A stretch of 64,000 nt of DNA from NCBI RefSeq assembly GCF_029227855.1, contig NZ_CP074356.1. One strand, given 5' to 3'. Below, piece by piece: positions 55,028 to 64,000 of this stretch. The DNA is from Escherichia coli (GTDB lineage: Bacteria; Pseudomonadota; Gammaproteobacteria; Enterobacterales; Enterobacteriaceae). The notes beneath the pieces were generated by a model. The model was not told the origin of the DNA. It ran no database searches and saw only the letters and a list, made by a program, of their open reading frames with translations. A program made the position numbers and the translations under genes. The stretch's first letter is position 1; every line of letters starts with the position of its first letter.

Positions 55028-55437
55028 AAAACTGTCCAGACTCAATGCATCAGAGCTTCCATGTAAAACTGATAAGCGGGTGTATCAAGCAATTTCGTCC
55101 ATCCGCGATTATCAAATCTAACTTTTTGCCCGGAACATAATAACAGCTCGGGTGTTGGTGGCGTCAAAGTCGCTGAAGCGTTCCCCGAAGGCCGGGGCAG
55201 CCCACATGGATGTGGGCTGAGGGCGCGTCTTACAGGACATTACCTCGCGCCCGACCCGGTAGCCGAAGGGGATAAGCTGAAGGTACCGCGCAGCGGCGAT
55301 TTTGTTCGCCAGAGCCCGGGGTGCAGGGGGTGGCGGCGATTGGCCGCCCCCTGCACCATTCAATTTATATGGCGAGGCACATTAAGGGAGCGCAACCCGC
55401 TGCTGAAGCCAAACAAAACCGCCGCAGGCTAAGTCCC

Positions 55438-56946
<1,509 letters not shown>

Positions 56947-57368
56947 CTAAAGTCTCCAAAAAATTATTATCGGCAATGTCGAAACTTGCCGTTATATCTG
57001 CCACCGGAACGGGGTAGCAGAGTTTATGTTTTACCAGGGCGACCGTATCCTGCCGGAAGCGCTGGTTATTCACAATCGATTTAACACACCATTTACATTA
57101 AATTTTAGTGCTCAGCGACACTATTTTTCATCAGGTTGCACTCTCTCACATTTTTTGCGGTTGCACCTTTCAAAAATGTTAACTGCCGCAGAGAAAAAGT
57201 CTGAGTTATTTTTTTAATCCCTGTCATATCGATTTCTTTTATTAACATTTCATTCATTTTTAAGCTTGCTACGCAGGTCACATTTAACATGGTTGCACAA
57301 AGTTGCAACATCATGGATATTTCACGATAACGTTAAGTTGCACCTTTCAGAACAACAGGAGTAATGGC
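56947..57368. promoter_or_regulatory. put control region with PutA operator motifs
   Basis: Five GTTGCA motifs at 57135, 57160, 57292, 57302 and 57337 in the 422-bp divergent putP-putA spacer; GTTGCA is the known PutA operator core. Confidence 0.75.
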
Positions 57369-60300
57369 ATGGGAACCACCACCATGGGGGTTAAGCTGGA
57401 CGACGCGACGCGTGAGCGTATTAAGTCTGCCGCGACACGTATCGATCGCACGCCACACTGGTTAATTAAGCAGGCGATTTTTTCTTATCTTGAACAACTG
57501 GAAAACAGCGATACTCTTCCGGAGCTACCTGCGCTGCTTTCTGGCGCTGCCAATGAGAGCGATGAAGCACCCACTCCGGCAGAGGAACCACACCAGCCAT
57601 TCCTCGACTTTGCCGAGCAAATTTTGCCCCAGTCGGTTTCCCGCGCAGCTATCACCGCTGCCTATCGCCGCCCGGAAACCGAAGCGGTTTCTATGCTGCT
57701 GGAACAAGCCCGCCTGCCGCAGCCAGTTGCTGAACAGGCGCATAAACTGGCATATCAACTGGCCGATAAACTGCGTAATCAAAAAAATGCCAGTGGTCGC
57801 GCAGGTATGGTCCAGGGGTTATTGCAGGAGTTTTCGCTGTCATCGCAGGAAGGCGTGGCGCTGATGTGTCTGGCGGAAGCGTTGTTGCGTATTCCCGACA
57901 AAGCCACCCGTGATGCATTAATTCGCGACAAAATCAGCAACGGTAACTGGCAGTCACACATTGGTCGTAGCCCGTCCCTGTTTGTTAATGCCGCTACCTG
58001 GGGGCTGCTGTTTACCGGCAAACTGGTTTCCACCCATAACGAAGCCAGCCTCTCCCGCTCGCTGAACCGCATTATCGGTAAGAGCGGTGAACCGCTGATC
58101 CGCAAAGGTGTGGATATGGCGATGCGCCTGATGGGCGAGCAGTTCGTCACTGGCGAAACCATCGCGGAAGCGTTAGCCAATGCCCGCAAGCTGGAAGAGA
58201 AAGGTTTCCGTTACTCTTACGATATGCTGGGCGAAGCCGCGCTGACTGCCGCAGATGCACAGGCGTATATGGTTTCCTATCAGCAGGCGATTCACGCCAT
58301 TGGTAAAGCGTCCAATGGTCGTGGTATCTATGAAGGTCCGGGCATTTCAATCAAGCTGTCGGCGTTGCATCCGCGTTACAGTCGCGCCCAGTATGACCGG
58401 GTAATGGAAGAGCTTTACCCACGTCTGAAATCACTCACCCTGCTGGCGCGTCAGTACGATATTGGTATTAACATCGATGCCGAAGAGGCCGATCGTCTGG
58501 AGATCTCCCTCGATCTGCTGGAAAAACTCTGTTTCGAGCCGGAACTGGCAGGCTGGAACGGCATCGGTTTTGTTATTCAGGCTTATCAAAAACGCTGTCC
58601 GTTGGTGATTGATTACCTGATTGATCTCGCCACCCGCAGCCGTCGCCGTCTGATGATTCGCCTGGTGAAAGGCGCGTACTGGGATAGTGAAATCAAGCGC
58701 GCGCAGATGGACGGCCTTGAAGGTTATCCGGTTTATACCCGCAAGGTGTATACCGACGTTTCATATCTCGCCTGTGCGAAAAAGCTGCTGGCGGTGCCGA
58801 ATTTAATCTACCCGCAGTTCGCAACGCATAACGCCCATACGCTGGCGGCAATTTATCAACTGGCGGGTCAAAACTACTACCCGGGTCAGTACGAGTTCCA
58901 GTGCCTGCATGGTATGGGCGAGCCACTGTATGAGCAGGTCACCGGGAAAGTTGCCGACGGCAAACTTAACCGTCCATGTCGTATTTATGCTCCGGTCGGT
59001 ACCCATGAAACGCTGCTGGCGTATCTGGTGCGTCGCCTGCTGGAAAACGGTGCTAACACCTCGTTTGTTAACCGTATTGCTGACACCTCTTTGCCACTGG
59101 ATGAACTGGTTGCCGATCCGGTCACTGCTGTAGAAAAACTGGCGCAACAGGAAGGTCAAACTGGATTACCACATCCGAAAATTCCCCTGCCACGCGATCT
59201 TTACGGTCACGGGCGCGACAACTCGGCAGGGCTGGATCTCGCTAACGAACACCGTCTGGCCTCGCTCTCTTCTGCCCTGCTCAATAGTGCACTGCAAAAA
59301 TGGCAGGCCTTGCCAATGCTGGAACAACCGGTCACGGCTGGTGAGATGTCGCCCGTTATTAACCCGGCAGAGCCGAAAGATATTGTGGGCTATGTGCGCG
59401 AAGCCACGCCGAGTGAAGTAGAACAGGCGCTGGAAAGTGCGGTTAATAACGCGCCAATCTGGTTTGCCACGCCTCCGGCTGAACGCGCGGCGATTTTGCA
59501 TCGCGCTGCCGTGCTGATGGAAAGCCAGATGCAGCAACTGATTGGTATTCTGGTGCGTGAAGCCGGAAAAACCTTCAGTAACGCCATTGCCGAAGTGCGC
59601 GAAGCGGTCGATTTTCTCCACTACTACGCCGGACAGGTGCGGGATGATTTCGCTAACGAAACCCACCGTCCATTAGGGCCTGTGGTGTGTATCAGTCCGT
59701 GGAACTTCCCGCTGGCTATTTTCACCGGGCAGATCGCCGCCGCACTGGCGGCAGGTAACAGCGTGCTGGCAAAACCGGCAGAACAAACGCCGCTGATTGC
59801 CGCGCAAGGGATCGCCATTTTGCTGGAAGCGGGTGTACCGCCAGGCGTGGTGCAATTGCTGCCAGGTCGGGGGGAAACCGTGGGCGCGCAACTGACGGGT
59901 GATGATCGCGTGCACGGGGTGATGTTTACCGGATCAACCGAAGTCGCTACGTTACTGCAACGCAATATCGCCAGCCGCCTGGACGCTCAGGGTCGCCCTA
60001 TTCCGCTCATCGCTGAAACCGGCGGCATGAACGCGATGATTGTCGATTCTTCAGCACTGACCGAACAAGTCGTAATAGATGTGCTGGCCTCGGCGTTCGA
60101 CAGTGCAGGTCAGCGTTGTTCGGCACTGCGCGTGCTGTGCCTGCAAGATGAGATTGCCGACCACACGTTGAAAATGCTGCGCGGCGCAATGGCCGAATGC
60201 CGGATGGGTAATCCGGGTCGCCTGACCACCGATATCGGTCCGGTGATTGATAGCGAAGCGAAAGCCAATATCGAGCGTCATATTCAGACCATGCGTAGCA

Positions 60301-61331
60301 AAGGCCGTCCGGTGTTCCAGGCGGTGCGGGAAAACAGCGAAGATGCCCGTGAATGGCAAAGCGGCACCTTTGTCGCCCCGACGCTGATCGAACTGGATGA
60401 CTTTGCCGAATTGCAAAAAGAGGTCTTTGGTCCGGTGCTGCATGTGGTGCGTTACAACCGTAACCAGCTGCCGGAGCTGATCGAGCAGATTAACGCTTCC
60501 GGCTATGGTCTGACGCTTGGCGTTCATACGCGTATTGATGAAACCATCGCCCAGGTCACTGGCTCGGCCCATGTCGGTAACCTGTACGTTAACCGTAATA
60601 TGGTGGGCGCAGTGGTCGGGGTGCAGCCGTTCGGCGGCGAAGGGTTGTCCGGTACCGGGCCGAAAGCAGGCGGTCCGCTCTATCTCTACCGTCTGCTGGC
60701 GAATCGCCCGGAAAGTGCGCTGGCAGTGACGCTCGCGCGTCAGGATGCAGAGTATCCGGTCGATGCGCAGTTGAAAGCCGCATTGACTCAGCCGCTAAAT
60801 GCACTGCGGGAATGGGCGGCAAACCGTCCAGAATTGCAGGCGTTATGTACGCAATATGGCGAGCTGGCGCAGGCAGGAACACAGCGATTGCTGCCAGGGC
60901 CGACGGGTGAACGCAACACCTGGACGCTGCTGCCGCGCGAGCGCGTGTTGTGTATTGCGGATGATGAGCAGGATGCGCTGACTCAGCTCGCCGCCGTGCT
61001 GGCGGTGGGCAGCCAGGTGCTGTGGCCGGATGACGCGCTGCATCGTCAGTTAGTGAAGGCATTGCCATCGGCAGTCAGCGAACGTATTCAACTGGCGAAA
61101 GCGGAAAATATAACCGCTCAACCGTTTGATGCGGTGATCTTCCACGGTGATTCGGATCAGCTTCGCGCATTGTGTGAAGCCGTTGCCGCGCGGGATGGCG
61201 CAATTGTTTCGGTGCAAGGTTTTGCCCGTGGCGAAAACAATATCCTTCTGGAACGGCTGTATATCGAACGCTCGCTGAGTGTGAATACCGCTGCCGCTGG
61301 CGGTAACGCCAGTTTAATGACGATCGGTTAA
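57369..61331 (+). CDS. putA: Bifunctional proline dehydrogenase / P5C dehydrogenase and repressor PutA
   Basis: ORF 57303..61331; start placed at MGTTTMGVKLDDATRERIKSAATRIDRTPHWLIKQAIFSYL (1320 aa). Confidence 0.96.
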   Translation: MGTTTMGVKLDDATRERIKSAATRIDRTPHWLIKQAIFSYLEQLENSDTLPELPALLSGAANESDEAPTPAEEPHQPFLDFAEQILPQSVSRAAITAAYRRPETEAVSMLLEQARLPQPVAEQAHKLAYQLADKLRNQKNASGRAGMVQGLLQEFSLSSQEGVALMCLAEALLRIPDKATRDALIRDKISNGNWQSHIGRSPSLFVNAATWGLLFTGKLVSTHNEASLSRSLNRIIGKSGEPLIRKGVDMAMRLMGEQFVTGETIAEALANARKLEEKGFRYSYDMLGEAALTAADAQAYMVSYQQAIHAIGKASNGRGIYEGPGISIKLSALHPRYSRAQYDRVMEELYPRLKSLTLLARQYDIGINIDAEEADRLEISLDLLEKLCFEPELAGWNGIGFVIQAYQKRCPLVIDYLIDLATRSRRRLMIRLVKGAYWDSEIKRAQMDGLEGYPVYTRKVYTDVSYLACAKKLLAVPNLIYPQFATHNAHTLAAIYQLAGQNYYPGQYEFQCLHGMGEPLYEQVTGKVADGKLNRPCRIYAPVGTHETLLAYLVRRLLENGANTSFVNRIADTSLPLDELVADPVTAVEKLAQQEGQTGLPHPKIPLPRDLYGHGRDNSAGLDLANEHRLASLSSALLNSALQKWQALPMLEQPVTAGEMSPVINPAEPKDIVGYVREATPSEVEQALESAVNNAPIWFATPPAERAAILHRAAVLMESQMQQLIGILVREAGKTFSNAIAEVREAVDFLHYYAGQVRDDFANETHRPLGPVVCISPWNFPLAIFTGQIAAALAAGNSVLAKPAEQTPLIAAQGIAILLEAGVPPGVVQLLPGRGETVGAQLTGDDRVHGVMFTGSTEVATLLQRNIASRLDAQGRPIPLIAETGGMNAMIVDSSALTEQVVIDVLASAFDSAGQRCSALRVLCLQDEIADHTLKMLRGAMAECRMGNPGRLTTDIGPVIDSEAKANIERHIQTMRSKGRPVFQAVRENSEDAREWQSGTFVAPTLIELDDFAELQKEVFGPVLHVVRYNRNQLPELIEQINASGYGLTLGVHTRIDETIAQVTGSAHVGNLYVNRNMVGAVVGVQPFGGEGLSGTGPKAGGPLYLYRLLANRPESALAVTLARQDAEYPVDAQLKAALTQPLNALREWAANRPELQALCTQYGELAQAGTQRLLPGPTGERNTWTLLPRERVLCIADDEQDALTQLAAVLAVGSQVLWPDDALHRQLVKALPSAVSERIQLAKAENITAQPFDAVIFHGDSDQLRALCEAVAARDGAIVSVQGFARGENNILLERLYIERSLSVNTAAAGGNASLMTIG

Positions 61332-61370
61332 ACAGGTAGCCGGAGGATGTTACAACCTCCTCCGGCATCT

Positions 61371-62009
61371 TTAACGTGGTCGAATCCCCTCAATAATAAT
61401 CCGCTGCACGTTTTCAACCGTTTGATTGAAAAATACCTCATCGCGCAACGTCGCGCCTGTCACCGCCTCCACCTGAGGGGCGAAATCGGCGTAATGTTGA
61501 GTGGAAGCCCAAATCATAAAAATCAAATGCTGCGGGTCAATCGGCGCGAGTTTGCCGCTTTTTACCCAACCGGCAATCAGCGCCGATTTTTCATCAATTA
61601 ATGCCTTCAAATCGCCCGTCAGTTCATCCATTAACAGCGGCGCGCCTGCCAGCATCTCCATACAGAACAGGCGCGAAGCCTGCGGATAATCGCGTGAGAC
61701 TTCCAGCTTCAGACGGATGTACTCTTTGATCGCCGCCAGCGGGGCGAAATCTTCACGAAACGCTTTTAACGGTGCCAGCCAGATATCGAGAATCTGCCGC
61801 AGCACGGCAATATACAGCGCCTCTTTTGACGGAAAGTAATACAGCAGATTGGTTTTTGAAACACCCGCCAACTCTGCGATCTGCTCCAGCCTTGTGCCGT
61901 GAAAACCGAATTGTGAAAAAGTGTCCAGTGCTGCGCTAAGAATCGCTTTTTTCTTCGCGCTCACTGCGCGCGAACGTTTACCCGTTGTTTTCACTGCGCC
62001 TTGCGTCAT
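61371..62009 (-). CDS. rutR: TetR-family regulator RutR
   Basis: ORF 61371..62036; start placed at MTQGAVKTTGKRSRAVSAKKKAILSAALDTFSQFGFHGTRLEQIAELAGVSKTNLLYYF (212 aa). Confidence 0.93.
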   Translation of the reverse strand: MTQGAVKTTGKRSRAVSAKKKAILSAALDTFSQFGFHGTRLEQIAELAGVSKTNLLYYFPSKEALYIAVLRQILDIWLAPLKAFREDFAPLAAIKEYIRLKLEVSRDYPQASRLFCMEMLAGAPLLMDELTGDLKALIDEKSALIAGWVKSGKLAPIDPQHLIFMIWASTQHYADFAPQVEAVTGATLRDEVFFNQTVENVQRIIIEGIRPR

Positions 62010-62239
62010 GCGCTCTCCCCTCTTGTAGATTGGCAACAGGATAGCAAAACCCCTGCCCGGCCTCGACCTTCTGCACTTTCATCGCGCACGGATGCATGTT
62101 TTATGTGCAACTGTTTTGACCGTTTAGTCCACTTTTTTCCAGATATTTTAGATAACTTAACATTAACACATTAATAACATTCACTTTTTAAAAACTGGCA
62201 TCCGCTTTGCAAACAAACCATTACGCGGCTGAAAAGGAT

Positions 62240-64000
<1,761 letters not shown>

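Noticed and set aside
54772-55363. ORFs 54772..55140 (+, 122 aa) and 55118..55363 (-, 81 aa) in the putP-efeU spacer
   Set aside because: The first starts inside the efeU start region and crosses the Fur box and a REP element; the second is Gly/Pro/Ala-rich translation of the GC-rich palindromic element. Neither has an RBS or a recognisable domain; the region is reported as a sequence-level finding instead.

Overview
This window reads as a conserved Escherichia coli chromosomal segment (the flg–csg–pga–put–rut neighbourhood) from a non-K-12 strain, and I found no convincing evidence of a novel multi-gene system. Nearly every long ORF matches a well-known gene by its translated sequence and by operon context; identifications and K-12 comparisons are from memory, not from a database search. 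Gene order, low to high coordinate: flgK (5' end only), flgJIHGFEDCB on the minus strand, divergent flgA-flgM-flgN, murJ, yceM, yceH, rimJ, mdtH, grxB, yceB, pyrC, dinI, bssS, solA, yceO, yceJ, yceI, trhO, lpxL, mdtG, msyB, yceK, opgGH, opgC, ymdB-clsC, ymdA, csgBAC, csgDEFG, ycdZ, ycdY, ycdX, ghrA, tRNA-Ser (serX), dgcT, pgaABCD, phoH, efeUOB, putP, putA, rutR, rutA and the start of rutB. The only clear accessory content is an IS200-type insertion sequence (Y1/HUH transposase, about 0.7 kb) sitting between the csgA terminator and csgC. Other points worth a second look are an apparent frame discontinuity in the 5' part of phoH, an intact efeU, a GC-rich palindrome-dense element between putP and efeU, and an empty serX tRNA junction. 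Start codons were chosen by matching remembered protein N-termini and are less certain than the stop positions.
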